The notes: generated by a model not told the origin, from the sequence alone. A stretch of 64,000 bases of DNA from a bacterium (GCA_965261595.1 CBDHDG010000004.1:800001-864000); one strand, 5' to 3'. Positions 10,604 to 20,925 are shown, counted from the stretch's first letter. Made by a program: numbers and translations.

Positions 10604-12100
10604 ATGGACCTTGAAACATACCGCCGCCGGATGGAGGGATTCTCCGAGGCCCTCTCCCGCGAATCCTACGAAGGCCGGGCCGGGCTGAAGGAGCGGGTCT
10701 CGTACGCGGCCGTTTACGAGGCGTACGCCGACCTCTTCACCCGCGAAGCGGTGGACGCGCTGAGCTCAGCCGTCCAGTCGGCGGAAGACCGCGAGTCCGG
10801 CCATCGCTTGAAGCTGCTTTTGGGATCCGTCACCCTCGCCTACATCTCCAACCGCACGCGGAAGCTCCGGGAAGACGCGGAGAACTTCGAGGCCGCGGCG
10901 GAGGTGAAGCTCCCCGGCGGCGAGAAGCTCCCCTACCGCGCCTCCGCCGTCCGGATGCTCAACGAGCCCGACCGGGAGACGCGCCGGCGGCTCGAAGACG
11001 CCCGGGGCGCCGTCGTCCTCAAAAAGAACGAATTTCTCGAACCGATCCACCGCGACGTTCACGCCCTGGCCGGGGAGCTCGGCTACGGCTCCTACCTGGA
11101 CATGCTCGGGACGATCAAGTCCTACCCCCTCGAACCCGTCCGGGACGCCATGCGGGCCTTTCTCGAAGCGACCGAAACCCTTTATGCGCGCGAGATGGGA
11201 GCGGCCCTGGAGGGGATCGGGACGAAGCTGGACGAGGCCGCCCGCCACGACGCCGCCTATCTCTTCCGGGGCGGAGGGTTCGACGCCCTCTTTCCGCCGG
11301 ACGGGATCGCGGGCGCCGTGGCCGCTTCCGTGAAGCGGATGGGTCTCGACCTGTCGGCGGACGGGCGCATCATCCTCGACCTGGAGGCGCGGCCGACCAA
11401 AAGCCCCCGGGCGTTTTGCGCGACCCTGCGCGTGCCGGACGAGGTGATGATCGTCGTCCTGCCGCGCGGCGGGATGGACGATTACCACGCCTTCCTCCAC
11501 GAGCTCGGCCACGCCCTCCACTTCGCCTGGGTCCGGCCGGACGCGCCCTACGAATACCGCCTCCTCGGCGACAACTCCGTCACCGAGGGGTTCGCCATGC
11601 TGTTCGATCACCTACTCCTCAACGGCCGCTGGCTCCGCGAGGCCCTGGGGATCGTAGACACGCAAAAGCTCATCCGCCACCAACACCTGTACGAGCTCTA
11701 CATGCTCCGCCGGTACGCGGCCAAAATCGACTACGAGCTGACCCTCCACGAATCCGCCGGGCTTTCGGGCAAGGGTGAGGTATATGCCGAGAAGCTGGGC
11801 CGGGCCAACCGGATCCGGTACGCCCCCTCCCATTACCTGGAGGACGTGGACGCCCACTTTTACTGCGCCAACTACCTCCGGGCCTGGATGCTCCAGGCGG
11901 CCCTCACCGAGGCGTTGACCGAGCGGTTCGGCGAAACCTGGTTCCACGACCCGAGGGCGGGCGCGCTGCTGAAGGAAATCTGGGCGGACGGACAGAAAGA
12001 CAACGCCGAGGGGATACTGGCCCGGCTGATCGGAGAGGGCGGGCGGCCCCTCTCGCCAGATCCCCTCCGGGCCGCAATCGAACGGCATTTGGACGGATAG
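10604..12100 (+). CDS. Zinc metallopeptidase, M3/M32-like
   Basis: HELGH zinc motif, downstream NSVTEGFA third-ligand Glu, KSPRAFC. Confidence 0.75.
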   Translation: MDLETYRRRMEGFSEALSRESYEGRAGLKERVSYAAVYEAYADLFTREAVDALSSAVQSAEDRESGHRLKLLLGSVTLAYISNRTRKLREDAENFEAAAEVKLPGGEKLPYRASAVRMLNEPDRETRRRLEDARGAVVLKKNEFLEPIHRDVHALAGELGYGSYLDMLGTIKSYPLEPVRDAMRAFLEATETLYAREMGAALEGIGTKLDEAARHDAAYLFRGGGFDALFPPDGIAGAVAASVKRMGLDLSADGRIILDLEARPTKSPRAFCATLRVPDEVMIVVLPRGGMDDYHAFLHELGHALHFAWVRPDAPYEYRLLGDNSVTEGFAMLFDHLLLNGRWLREALGIVDTQKLIRHQHLYELYMLRRYAAKIDYELTLHESAGLSGKGEVYAEKLGRANRIRYAPSHYLEDVDAHFYCANYLRAWMLQAALTEALTERFGETWFHDPRAGALLKEIWADGQKDNAEGILARLIGEGGRPLSPDPLRAAIERHLDG

Positions 12101-12223
12101 TTACAGAGAGCGATTTACTCGCATTTCTCACCAACTTTTGGATGAGAAGGTTTGACGCACGGATTGGAATCGGCGGCTTTTTGTCTTTGATGTGGACTGA
12201 GGGGTGCGACGGCGCTCTTTTCG

Positions 12224-12306
12224 GGCCGGGCAAGATGCCCGGCCTACCAGCATGACGCAAAATTCCTTCCGCAACTTTCGGCGGGGCGGGCATCTTGCCC
12301 GCCTTC
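12224..12306. repeat. REP-like palindrome pair
   Basis: GGCCGGGCAAGATGCCCGGCC ... GGCGGGCATCTTGCCCGCC between convergent genes; second copy at 41277-41358. Confidence 0.7.
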
Positions 12307-12378
12307 AAGCCTGCGCACTCCCCGGAGGAGAAAGACAGAGGGGTTCCCTTCGAGAGGATGGGACCTTCGCGTAGACCT

Positions 12379-13491
12379 CTACCCCCAGACCTCTTTCGCC
12401 GTCTCGGCGACGAGACGCAGCTTGGCTTCCTGTTCGGCGGGGGTGATGAGGTTGCCCTCTATCGTCGAGGCGAACCCGCACTGCGGGCTCAGCGCCAGCC
12501 GCTCCAGGGGGATGAACCGCTCGGCTTCGCGTATCCTGTCTTTCAGCTTCTCCCGGCTTTCCAACGCGCCCGTCTTCGTACTCACCAGGCCCAGGACGAC
12601 CGTTCGGTCATCGGGGACCCACTTGAGCGGCTCGAAACCGCCGGAGCGCTCGTCGTCATATTCAAGAAGAAACCGGCCGAACCGGGTCTTCTGGAAAATC
12701 TTGGCCGCGATGGGTTCATAGCCGCCGCCGGCGTAGAACTTGCTCTGGTTGTTCCCCCGGCAAAGATGCATGGCGAAGGTCACCCCCGAAAACCCCTCGA
12801 TGACGGCGTTGTCCCGCTCGATGCAGGCGTCGAGGAGGCGATCCGGGTCGTTCCCGCGCCGGCGGTACATCTCGCGAACCTCGGGGTCCAGCAGGCCGGC
12901 GTACTGGGGGGCGTCCACCTGGATGATCTGGCACCCCAGCCGCACGAGCTCCTCCACCTCGCCCCGGAGGATGTCCACGACGTCGGCCATGTAGGCGTCC
13001 AGCGACGGGTAGGCCGCTTGCGACTTGTCCGGCTCGTAATAGGACGCGGCCTGTTGGGCGTTGATGAGCGTGGCCTTGACGCAAACGCCGCCCTCGCCGG
13101 TTCCGGCGCGCAGGTAAGCGAACTCTTCGGCGCACATGTGCCGCCGCCGTTTCAGGCGGCTCACGACGACGGGACGGCCGAAGGAGTGCGTCTCCCCTTC
13201 TTCGTTCCGGTAGGTCAGGGCCTTCCCGCCCCACTTGTCGAATCCCTCAACGGCGTCCACGAGATGGCCGAAGAAGGCGTACCGGCGCATCTCGCCGTCG
13301 GTGATCACGTCCAGGCCGGCGTCCGTCTGAAGGGCCACGGCCTCATCGACCGCCCGGTCCTCGATCTCCTTGAATTCCGCATGGGTGATCTCCCCGGCTT
13401 CGCGCCGGTCTCTGGCCGCTTTCAGGTCATCCGGACGAAGCAGGCTGCCGACGACGGTGGCTCGGATCTCGTCCATCCGGGTCCTCCTCAC
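12379..13491 (-). CDS. Cobalamin-independent methionine synthase II family protein (MetE C-terminal core only), paralogue 2
   Basis: VVGSLLRP, TDGEMRR, HLCRGN, LLEYD, SPQCGFAS zinc-ligand motifs. Confidence 0.88.
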   Translation of the reverse strand: MRRTRMDEIRATVVGSLLRPDDLKAARDRREAGEITHAEFKEIEDRAVDEAVALQTDAGLDVITDGEMRRYAFFGHLVDAVEGFDKWGGKALTYRNEEGETHSFGRPVVVSRLKRRRHMCAEEFAYLRAGTGEGGVCVKATLINAQQAASYYEPDKSQAAYPSLDAYMADVVDILRGEVEELVRLGCQIIQVDAPQYAGLLDPEVREMYRRRGNDPDRLLDACIERDNAVIEGFSGVTFAMHLCRGNNQSKFYAGGGYEPIAAKIFQKTRFGRFLLEYDDERSGGFEPLKWVPDDRTVVLGLVSTKTGALESREKLKDRIREAERFIPLERLALSPQCGFASTIEGNLITPAEQEAKLRLVAETAKEVWG

Positions 13492-13525
13492 GTTTTGACG
13501 GAGCGATGCGCTCCCCTGCCGAGGT

Positions 13526-14644
13526 CTAGCCCCAAACCTCTTTCGCCGTCTCGGCGACGAGACGCAGCTTGGCTTCCTGCTCAGCGGGGGTGATGAGGTT
13601 GCCCTCCATCGTCGAGGCGAACCCGCATTGCGGGCTCAGCGCCAGCCGCTCCAGGGGTACGACCTGTTGGGCCTCCCCGATGCGCGTCTTGAGCGTCTCG
13701 CGATCCTCCAACTCGGGCTTTTTCGTGCTCAGGAGGCCGAGGACGACCGTCCGGTCGTCGGGGACCTGTCCCAGCGGCTCGAATCCCCCGGAGCGCTCGT
13801 CGTCATACTCCAACAGGAACCGCTGGAAGCGGGTCTTCTGGAAGACCTTCGCGGCGATGGGGTCGTAGCCGCCGCTGGCGTAGAACTTGCTCTGGTTGTT
13901 CCCCCGGCAGATGTGGAGGCCGAACACCGCTTCCGAATGGCCTCCGATGACCGCGTTGTCCATCTCGATGCAGGTGTCGATGAGTCGGTCCGGGTCGTTC
14001 CCCCGTTTTCGGTACCCTTCCCGGATCTCCGGATCAAGCAGCGCGGCGTATTGGGGTCCGTCGATCTGAATGTACCGGCAGCCGAGCCGGATCAACTCCT
14101 CCACCTCGCCCCGGAGGATGTCCACGATGTCGGCGAGATAGGCGTCCACCGTGGGATACGCCCCCTTGGATTTTTCGGCGTCATAGTAAGCCGCCGACTG
14201 CTGGGCGCTGATGAACGTGGCCTTGACGGGCACGCCGGTTTTCGCCCGGAGATACGCGATCTCCTCGGCGCACAGGTGGCGCTTTCTCTTGAGCTTCGAG
14301 ACGACGACCGGACGGGGGTAGGTGATCTCCCCGCCCTTTTCGTCCCGGAACGGGATGGCCCAGCCGCCCAACCGGTCGAACCCCTCGACAGCATCGACCA
14401 GATGGCCGAAGAAGGCGTATCGCCGCATCTCGCCGTCGGTGACCACGTCCAACCCGATGTCGGCTTGAAGGGCGACGGCCTCGTCCACGGCCCGGTCCTC
14501 GATCCCCTTGAACTCGGCGTCGGTGATCTCCCCGGCCTCGAACCTCTCCCGGGCCTCTTTCAGATAATCCGGCCGCAACAGGCTCCCAACAACATCGCTT
14601 CGGAACTCGACCATTCCGGACCCTTCTTTCGGAATTTGCGCCAT
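13526..14644 (-). CDS. Cobalamin-independent methionine synthase II family protein, paralogue 1
   Basis: VVGSLLRP, TDGEMRR, HICRGN, LLEYD, SPQCGFAS. Confidence 0.88.
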   Translation of the reverse strand: MAQIPKEGSGMVEFRSDVVGSLLRPDYLKEARERFEAGEITDAEFKGIEDRAVDEAVALQADIGLDVVTDGEMRRYAFFGHLVDAVEGFDRLGGWAIPFRDEKGGEITYPRPVVVSKLKRKRHLCAEEIAYLRAKTGVPVKATFISAQQSAAYYDAEKSKGAYPTVDAYLADIVDILRGEVEELIRLGCRYIQIDGPQYAALLDPEIREGYRKRGNDPDRLIDTCIEMDNAVIGGHSEAVFGLHICRGNNQSKFYASGGYDPIAAKVFQKTRFQRFLLEYDDERSGGFEPLGQVPDDRTVVLGLLSTKKPELEDRETLKTRIGEAQQVVPLERLALSPQCGFASTMEGNLITPAEQEAKLRLVAETAKEVWG

Positions 14645-14823
14645 CGCGTCAGGGCACTCCCCGAAAACAGAGGGGCGCTTTCAGCAAACCGCTCTTACGA
14701 TAACCGTTTTCAAGGGAAAATTGGAGATCCACCGGCCGACGCGCCGGGGGAACACGGGCGACCCACGAGCGAGCCCCGCGAATCGGAGACCCATGGACTT
14801 TCAGACCGCCGTCCGGCTTCGGA

Positions 14824-15525
14824 TCAATTGGGAAAGAGGGCGAGGTTGAACGGACCGGGCATCTCGTAGATCTCGATGGGTTTCCAATAGGGCTTGATGT
14901 GGTCCGTCGAATCGAAAACGTCCCGCAGACCCGCCTCCAGCTCATCCTCCCCCGCCGGCGGCGCGGAAGAATGCACGTCCGCGATGGCGGCCGCGACCTT
15001 CTCGTCCCGGATCTCCCGCAGCCGCTCCAGAACAAAGGGCTCCAGGCCGTCATCCGAACCGCCGAGGTCCGAGCGCTCCGCGGTCCAATGGGAAATCCCG
15101 CTTCTTTTGTGGCCGAAAAGATACCTGCCGGTCCCCGCCGGATGGAAGAAGTGGTAGGTCTCCAAAACAAAATGATTGACCTGATCCTGGGACTCCGGGC
15201 ACCAGGTGACGCAATTGATGTAAGGCAGGACGGCCAGGACAGCGGGCGCCTCCGAGCCGTCATCGTCTTCATCCAGGCTCGTGCGCTTCGCTTTCTGGCC
15301 GGGGGCGAGGGGTTTGGGCGGGTCGAAGTAATTCACGATGATGGCCCGGACAAGCTCGGGGTCTTCGTCCCGGTACCGGTACACCAGTCCCCGTTTGCCC
15401 TCGCGCGCGGCCCAAGGCTGGTCCTGAACCCCCCACTTATCGAACAAGTGCCACTGGTTGTCTTCGATGGGATAGTCCCGGAGGTAGAGCTTCAGGACGC
15501 CCATGGCCTTTTGATCCAGGCCCAC
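14824..15525 (-). CDS. Hypothetical protein (233 aa)
   Basis: Protein-like composition, AGGAG RBS upstream, co-oriented with neighbours; no family recognised. Confidence 0.65.
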   Translation of the reverse strand: MGLDQKAMGVLKLYLRDYPIEDNQWHLFDKWGVQDQPWAAREGKRGLVYRYRDEDPELVRAIIVNYFDPPKPLAPGQKAKRTSLDEDDDGSEAPAVLAVLPYINCVTWCPESQDQVNHFVLETYHFFHPAGTGRYLFGHKRSGISHWTAERSDLGGSDDGLEPFVLERLREIRDEKVAAAIADVHSSAPPAGEDELEAGLRDVFDSTDHIKPYWKPIEIYEMPGPFNLALFPN

Positions 15526-15660
15526 CTTGACTCCTCTCCTTCAGCTTGCGCCGGGCCGCCCGTTCCGGCCCCGGCTTGATGAACCGGCATTCGCTCCGGC
15601 GAAAATCCCGCGTGAGTATATCAACTGGTCCCGCGAAAAACGACAGACGGAACGCTTCCG

Positions 15661-16653
15661 TCAACCCGCCGCCTCGAATGCCGCCTCCAACACCCGCCGG
15701 ACGATGACGCGGACCATCTTGCCGCGGTATCCGGCCAGCTTCTCGATGTCGCTGAACGGCCGGGATTCCTTGGATGCCTCTTTGGCCGCCGACGCGAAGA
15801 GCGCTTCGGACGGCGCCTTTCCGACGAGGAGCGCGGAGGCCTTGACCGCGTCCACCGGCTTCATGGAAACGCCGTTCACGCAGACGCGCGCGGCCGCGCA
15901 GGTTTTGCCGCCGGCGTCGAGCGTTACAACCGCGGCCGCGCAGGCGAAGGCGAAATCGATGGCCCCCCGCGTGGCGATCCGCTGGTAACAACTCCCCGTC
16001 CCCGGACCCGGCGGCGGGACCTGAATCTCCGTCACGATCTCATTGGGCGCGAGTCCGATGGGGGTCTCGCCGATCCCGGTGTAAAACGCCTCCAGGGGGA
16101 TCACCCGCTCGCCGTCCGGGCCGACGATTCGGACCTTCGCCCCCAGCGCGATGAGGGCCGGGGCCGTATCCGAGGCGGAAATCGCGTAGCACACGTCGCC
16201 GCCCACGACGACATGGCAAATGTCGCCGTCGTGCTTGAGACAGCGGTGGTGGGATTCCTTCCAGTGGGCGGTCTGGTCGTAGTACCAGCACTTGTTGTCG
16301 AGGCAGATGTTCCCGCCCAGGGTGGCCGTCTGGCGAATCAGGGGCGAGGCGACGTGGGAAGCCGCCTGGGCCAGGACGGGAAAACGTTCCTGAATGACGG
16401 GCGATCGCTCGATGTCCGCGAGCCGCGCGCCGGCCCCCACGACCATCCCGCCGTCATCGGTCATCCGGACCTCCTCGAGAGCCTTGATCCGGTTCAGGAG
16501 AACGACGTGCCCGGGCGCCTTCACTTCCTGCTGCAACTGGATGAGGACGTCCGTCCCTCCCGCCATGAGCATGGCCTTCTCGCCGTGGCGGGCCAGGATC
16601 TCCATCGCCTCGCCCACTTCGGTGGGCCGGTGCAGCTCGAAGGGCTCCATCAC
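15661..16653 (-). CDS. Xanthine dehydrogenase-family FAD subunit with HcrB-type [4Fe-4S] insert
   Basis: AGGTD, ATLGGNIC, C-x15-C-x7-C-x8-C insert, SDTAPAL, RGAIDF. Confidence 0.88.
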   Translation of the reverse strand: MMEPFELHRPTEVGEAMEILARHGEKAMLMAGGTDVLIQLQQEVKAPGHVVLLNRIKALEEVRMTDDGGMVVGAGARLADIERSPVIQERFPVLAQAASHVASPLIRQTATLGGNICLDNKCWYYDQTAHWKESHHRCLKHDGDICHVVVGGDVCYAISASDTAPALIALGAKVRIVGPDGERVIPLEAFYTGIGETPIGLAPNEIVTEIQVPPPGPGTGSCYQRIATRGAIDFAFACAAAVVTLDAGGKTCAAARVCVNGVSMKPVDAVKASALLVGKAPSEALFASAAKEASKESRPFSDIEKLAGYRGKMVRVIVRRVLEAAFEAAG

Positions 16654-19013
16654 GCGCCCTTTCCGTTCGTCCCGCCGCCGGAGGACACGGGGCTTTCGGT
16701 CTTGCGCGCCCTCCTGCCGCGGCGCTCGATCGCCTGGAGGACCTTCTTGGGCGTAAACGGGGTGGTCTGAAGCCGGATGCCCACGGCGTCGTAGAGGGCG
16801 TCCTGGATGGCGGGCGCGGTCGGCACCTGGGCGGGCTCGGCGATTCCCTTCGCGCCGAACGGTCCGGCCTGTTCCTCCACTTCGACGAAGATGGGGACGA
16901 TCTCGGGCATCTCCAGGATTGTGGGAACCCGGTAGTTGAGCATCGTCGCGTTGAGGGGCTTGCCGTCCTCCATGACCATTTCCTCGGAAAGCGCCATCCC
17001 CAATCCGCGGGAGATCGCCCCCTCCACCTGCCCTTCGGCCCCGATGGGGTTCAGCAGCCGGCCCACGTCGTGGGCGGAGACCACTTTGACGACCTTCACA
17101 TGGCCCGTCTCTTCGTCCACCTCGATCTCGATCGCCTGCGCGCCGAAGATGTACGAGGGGCAGTAGTTCCCGTAACCGGTCACCGGGTCGAGGCCCTTGC
17201 CCTCGGAGCTGTATTGGCCCGTGCCGACCAGGGAAGCCCCGCGCTTGTAAAAACAGTCCCGGGCGATCTCGGCCAGCGAGGTCTTCTCTTCCGGGTTCGA
17301 CTTGACGAAGATGTGGCCGTCGCGGGATTCGAGATCCTCCGACCGGGCCTCGAGGATCTCGGCGGCGTTCTCGTAAAGTTTCTTCTTGAGCTCGCGCGCG
17401 GCGCGGTGGGCGGCGTTCCCGCTGACGAATACCCCCCGGGTGGCGTACACCCCCAAATCGGGGGGCGTGATTTCGGTGTCGGAGAGAACAAGGTTCACCT
17501 TATCGAGGGGGATGCCCAGCTCTTCCGCGACAACGGTGCAGATGGCCGTCCCCAGACCCTGCCCCATCTCGCACGTCCCCGAGAAGAGGGTCACCGAGCC
17601 GTCCTCGGCCATCTTGACAATCGCCTCGCCGAAGTTGACCGGGCCGTGAAGGCCGATGGAGCTGGCCGAATGGCAGACCAGGGCCATGCCCAGGCCGCGC
17701 TTGACGCCCTTCTTCTTGAGGTCGCCCGGGCCGTTGTCGCCGCGCTTCCTCGACCACCCGATGCCCTCGGCCGCCCGCCGGATGCACTCGCTGAGCTGGC
17801 AAGTGTTGACCTCGGCGCCGGAAACCGTCTTGTCCCCCTGCTGCGTGCAATTCTTGAGCCGGAATTCCACCGGATCGAGGCCCAGCTCGGAGCAGATGCG
17901 GTTGAAGTGGCACTCCTGGGCGAAGGAGGACTGGGGGTTGCCGTAGCCCTGATACCCCCCGCCGTAGGGCTTGTTGGTGTAGACGACATAGGCGTCCAAC
18001 TTGTAGGCCGGGTTCCGGTAGAGGACGGGAGGGGTGTTCCCGGCCAGGCTGGTCACCCGGTGGCCGTGACTGGTGTAGGCCCCGTTGTCGGTGATGATCC
18101 GGACCTGCCGGCCCTTGAGCATCCCCTCCTTCGACACCGCGGTCTTTTGCGTGATGGCCATGGGATGCCGGAACCGGGTGTAGATGAAATACTCCTCCCG
18201 GCTGTACTGAAGCTTCACGGGCCCGCGGGTCTTCATGGCAAGCAGGGCGGTGATGGGCTCGAGGGGCTCGATGTCGATCTTGCTGCCGAAGGCGCCGCCG
18301 ATGTAGTTGTTGATCACCCGGACGTGAGAAACAGGCAGGCCCAGGACCCCCGCCAGCCGATCCCGCGTGGGATGCGGGTTCTGGGTCGAGGGCCAGATGG
18401 TCAGCCGGCCCGCCCGGTTGAACTCGGCCACGCACCCGTGGGGCTCCATGGGACAGGGCGACACGAAATGCGTGCGGAACTCGTCCTCAAAAACGTGGTC
18501 CGCCTCCGCGAAGGCCTTCTCCACGTCACCGAAATTGCGGTGATACTCCTTGGCGACGTTGCGCTTCTTGCCCTCGTGAATCTCGATGGCGTCATCGGTA
18601 AAGGCGTCTTCCGGCTCGTAGAGGGCCGGAAGCTCTTCATATTCCACTTTGATCAGGGAGAGGGCCTCCCGGGCCGTCGCTTCGTCCACCGCCGCGACGG
18701 CGGCGATCTCGTCCCCGACGAACCGGACCTTGTCCGGCTGAAGCGGAAGCTGGTCGATGGGTCCGTCCGTCACGCCGAACCGGATTCTCGGCCCATCCTT
18801 TCCGGTGATCACGGCCTTGACGCCCGGCAGGGCCTCGGCCTTCAAGGTGTCGATGTCGAGGATCTTCCCGTGCGGGATGGGGCTTCTCAGGACCTTGGCG
18901 GTCAGCATCCCCGGACGCTTGAAGTCGCTGACGTACACGGCCTCGCCCGTCGCCTTGTCCCAGGCGTCGATCCTCGGGAGCCGCTTTCCGATGACTGCGT
19001 ATTCGGTCGTCAC
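16650..19013 (-). CDS. Xanthine dehydrogenase-family molybdopterin subunit
   Basis: KATGEAVY, GGAFGSK, EMGQG, AHDVG...NP...EGQVEG, GAKGIAE. Confidence 0.92.
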   Translation of the reverse strand: MTTEYAVIGKRLPRIDAWDKATGEAVYVSDFKRPGMLTAKVLRSPIPHGKILDIDTLKAEALPGVKAVITGKDGPRIRFGVTDGPIDQLPLQPDKVRFVGDEIAAVAAVDEATAREALSLIKVEYEELPALYEPEDAFTDDAIEIHEGKKRNVAKEYHRNFGDVEKAFAEADHVFEDEFRTHFVSPCPMEPHGCVAEFNRAGRLTIWPSTQNPHPTRDRLAGVLGLPVSHVRVINNYIGGAFGSKIDIEPLEPITALLAMKTRGPVKLQYSREEYFIYTRFRHPMAITQKTAVSKEGMLKGRQVRIITDNGAYTSHGHRVTSLAGNTPPVLYRNPAYKLDAYVVYTNKPYGGGYQGYGNPQSSFAQECHFNRICSELGLDPVEFRLKNCTQQGDKTVSGAEVNTCQLSECIRRAAEGIGWSRKRGDNGPGDLKKKGVKRGLGMALVCHSASSIGLHGPVNFGEAIVKMAEDGSVTLFSGTCEMGQGLGTAICTVVAEELGIPLDKVNLVLSDTEITPPDLGVYATRGVFVSGNAAHRAARELKKKLYENAAEILEARSEDLESRDGHIFVKSNPEEKTSLAEIARDCFYKRGASLVGTGQYSSEGKGLDPVTGYGNYCPSYIFGAQAIEIEVDEETGHVKVVKVVSAHDVGRLLNPIGAEGQVEGAISRGLGMALSEEMVMEDGKPLNATMLNYRVPTILEMPEIVPIFVEVEEQAGPFGAKGIAEPAQVPTAPAIQDALYDAVGIRLQTTPFTPKKVLQAIERRGRRARKTESPVSSGGGTNGKGA

Positions 19014-19239
19014 GACTCAGTCCCCCTTCTCTTCCATCCTCTTAAAATCAAGGGCAATCAATCGACGGGGCGCTTGCGCGCCGGCAAAGTTGCGATTACA
19101 AGTTTTATCTGCTCTCTATAACGTCTCTACCGCACGAAACTTCTCACAGGCGCCGATTCAAAGCCCTAAGGCCATCATGGGCCACAGCCGACCGGCACAA
19201 CCAATAAGCCCCCCATCCCCAGTAGGCCGAGCGGAAGCT

Positions 19240-19320
19240 CGGCCGCCGAAAGTTTTTCGGGGGGTTCCCAACCCCTGGGAGGGGTCCAGGGGGGCGGTTT
19301 TTCAAAAAAGCCCCCCTGGC
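19240..19320. repeat. GC-rich hairpin/repeat overlapping the stop codon of the 2Fe-2S gene
   Basis: CCAGGGGGGCGGTTTTTCAAAAAAGCCCCCCTGG imperfect palindrome at about 19286-19319. Confidence 0.5.
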
Positions 19321-19793
19321 GCCTTTTCCGCAGCGCTCCGGATCGCCTCGATGATCTTCACATAACCCGTGCAGCGGCAGATGTTTCCGGCCAGGGCGTG
19401 GCGGATCTCCGCCTCGGAGGGTTTCGGGATTTCATCCAAAAGCGCCCGGCTCGTCATGAGCATCCCCGGGATGCAGTATCCGCACTGCGTCGCGCCGAAC
19501 TTGATGAACGCCTCCTGGAGCGGGTCCAGCTCGTCCCCGTCGGACAGGCCCTCGACCGTCCGGACGTCCGACCCCTCCAGCGACGCCGTCAGGATGAGAC
19601 AGGAGTTCACCGGCCGGCCGTCGAGGATGACCGCGCAGGCCCCGCACGCCCCGGTGGTGCACCCTTCCTTCGTCCCGGTCAGGTCGATTCGCTCCCGCAG
19701 CGTGTGCAGAAGGAGCTCCCGGACGTCCACATCGAGACGAACGGGTTCGCCGTTCAGTGTGAATCCGACAGTTTGTGTTACGGCCTCCACCAC
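19302..19793 (-). CDS. Xanthine dehydrogenase-family 2x[2Fe-2S] subunit
   Basis: GCTTGACGAC, NSC, QCGYC, NICRCTGY. Confidence 0.93.
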   Translation of the reverse strand: MVEAVTQTVGFTLNGEPVRLDVDVRELLLHTLRERIDLTGTKEGCTTGACGACAVILDGRPVNSCLILTASLEGSDVRTVEGLSDGDELDPLQEAFIKFGATQCGYCIPGMLMTSRALLDEIPKPSEAEIRHALAGNICRCTGYVKIIEAIRSAAEKAPGGLF

Positions 19794-19873
19794 GCTTCAC
19801 CTCTCCATGCGGTTCGCGTTCACGGATTAACAGAGAGGTTGCCAGTCAGGGACCGGTCCGGACAGCGAAAAAA

Positions 19874-20626
19874 TCAGGCCAAGGGACCGCTCTGAACCTT
19901 TCCGTTCTCCCGGCCTTCGCCGGCGACGCTCTCCAGAACCTTTTCCTTCACAATGCGGATGTGCTCGCGGGCCAGCCTTTCCGCGCGGTCCCCGTCCCCG
20001 CTCACGATGGCGCGAAAGATGGCGGCATGCTCCTCCACGTCTTTGACGGGCCGCCCCGGAAAGTAGGTCGCCCGAAAGCCCAGGGTCCGCGCCTGGCCGA
20101 TGATGCTCTCAAGCAGCCCCTTCGCCTGGCCGTGTCCCGAGGCCGCCGAGACGGCGCGGTGAAAATTCTCGATGGCCTCGACGCACCCGTCCAGGTCATG
20201 CCGTTCCAGACACTCGGCCTGCCGGTCGAGGGCCTTCCGGATTTTGGACAAGGCGGCGGGATTCCGGCGCTCCGCCGCGCGGCGGCTCACCAACCCTTCG
20301 AGGACTTCCCATAGGGAGTAAATCTCCTCCACCCGCTCGGGCGAGTGATTGAGGACGAAAACCCCGCGGCGGGGGACGTTTTCGAGCAGGCCCTCCTGGG
20401 CGAGTTTCTGGACGGCCTCCCAGATGGGCGTGCGGCTCACGCCGAACTCGCGGGTCAGCTTCTCGACGTTGATCCGCGCCCCGGGCGGATAGGTCTCCTT
20501 GACGATCAGCGCCTTGAGCCGCTGATAGACCTTTTCCCTGAGGTTGTCGTGGGCGATGTTCAAGCTGGTATTCCTCCTGTCCAGCTTTCCGAACCTTTTT
20601 GAACAACACCTGGAAGGTACCACCAT
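19874..20626 (-). CDS. GntR/FCD transcriptional regulator (true start probably near 20563)
   Basis: FGVSRTPIWEA winged HTH, PRRGVFV, FH and EH...AI in the FCD domain. Confidence 0.88.
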   Translation of the reverse strand: MVVPSRCCSKRFGKLDRRNTSLNIAHDNLREKVYQRLKALIVKETYPPGARINVEKLTREFGVSRTPIWEAVQKLAQEGLLENVPRRGVFVLNHSPERVEEIYSLWEVLEGLVSRRAAERRNPAALSKIRKALDRQAECLERHDLDGCVEAIENFHRAVSAASGHGQAKGLLESIIGQARTLGFRATYFPGRPVKDVEEHAAIFRAIVSGDGDRAERLAREHIRIVKEKVLESVAGEGRENGKVQSGPLA

Positions 20627-20704
20627 TGGAGGGGGGCGTCAACTTCGTATTTCATATTTCATGAAATTATTTTCGTTGAAACAGAAAAAAGCGGAAAGAT
20701 TTTC

Positions 20705-20848
20705 ATCCACAGATTACACGGAATGGAAAGAAAAGAACCAAAGACCGGATTCGGGATCTGGAGCGTCCTGATTTGATTTCTTAATAGGATGCCGCCCTTG
20801 TTTTTGAAAATCTGTGTAATCTGTGGATAAAATGTCTTTTAGTCCGTG
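20705..20848. repeat. Gene-less copy of the 9-nt-periodic inverted-repeat element
   Basis: ATCCACAGATTACACGGA ... AATCTGTGTAATCTGTGGAT; interior and tail homologous to 25948-26090. Confidence 0.85.
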
Positions 20849-20925
20849 CTCAGTCGGTCCACCGTAGAAGAGCCGAGTCCCGCTTTTTCGGCGGGTTTGG
20901 CCACAGGTTTGGAGGAAGGTGTCTC

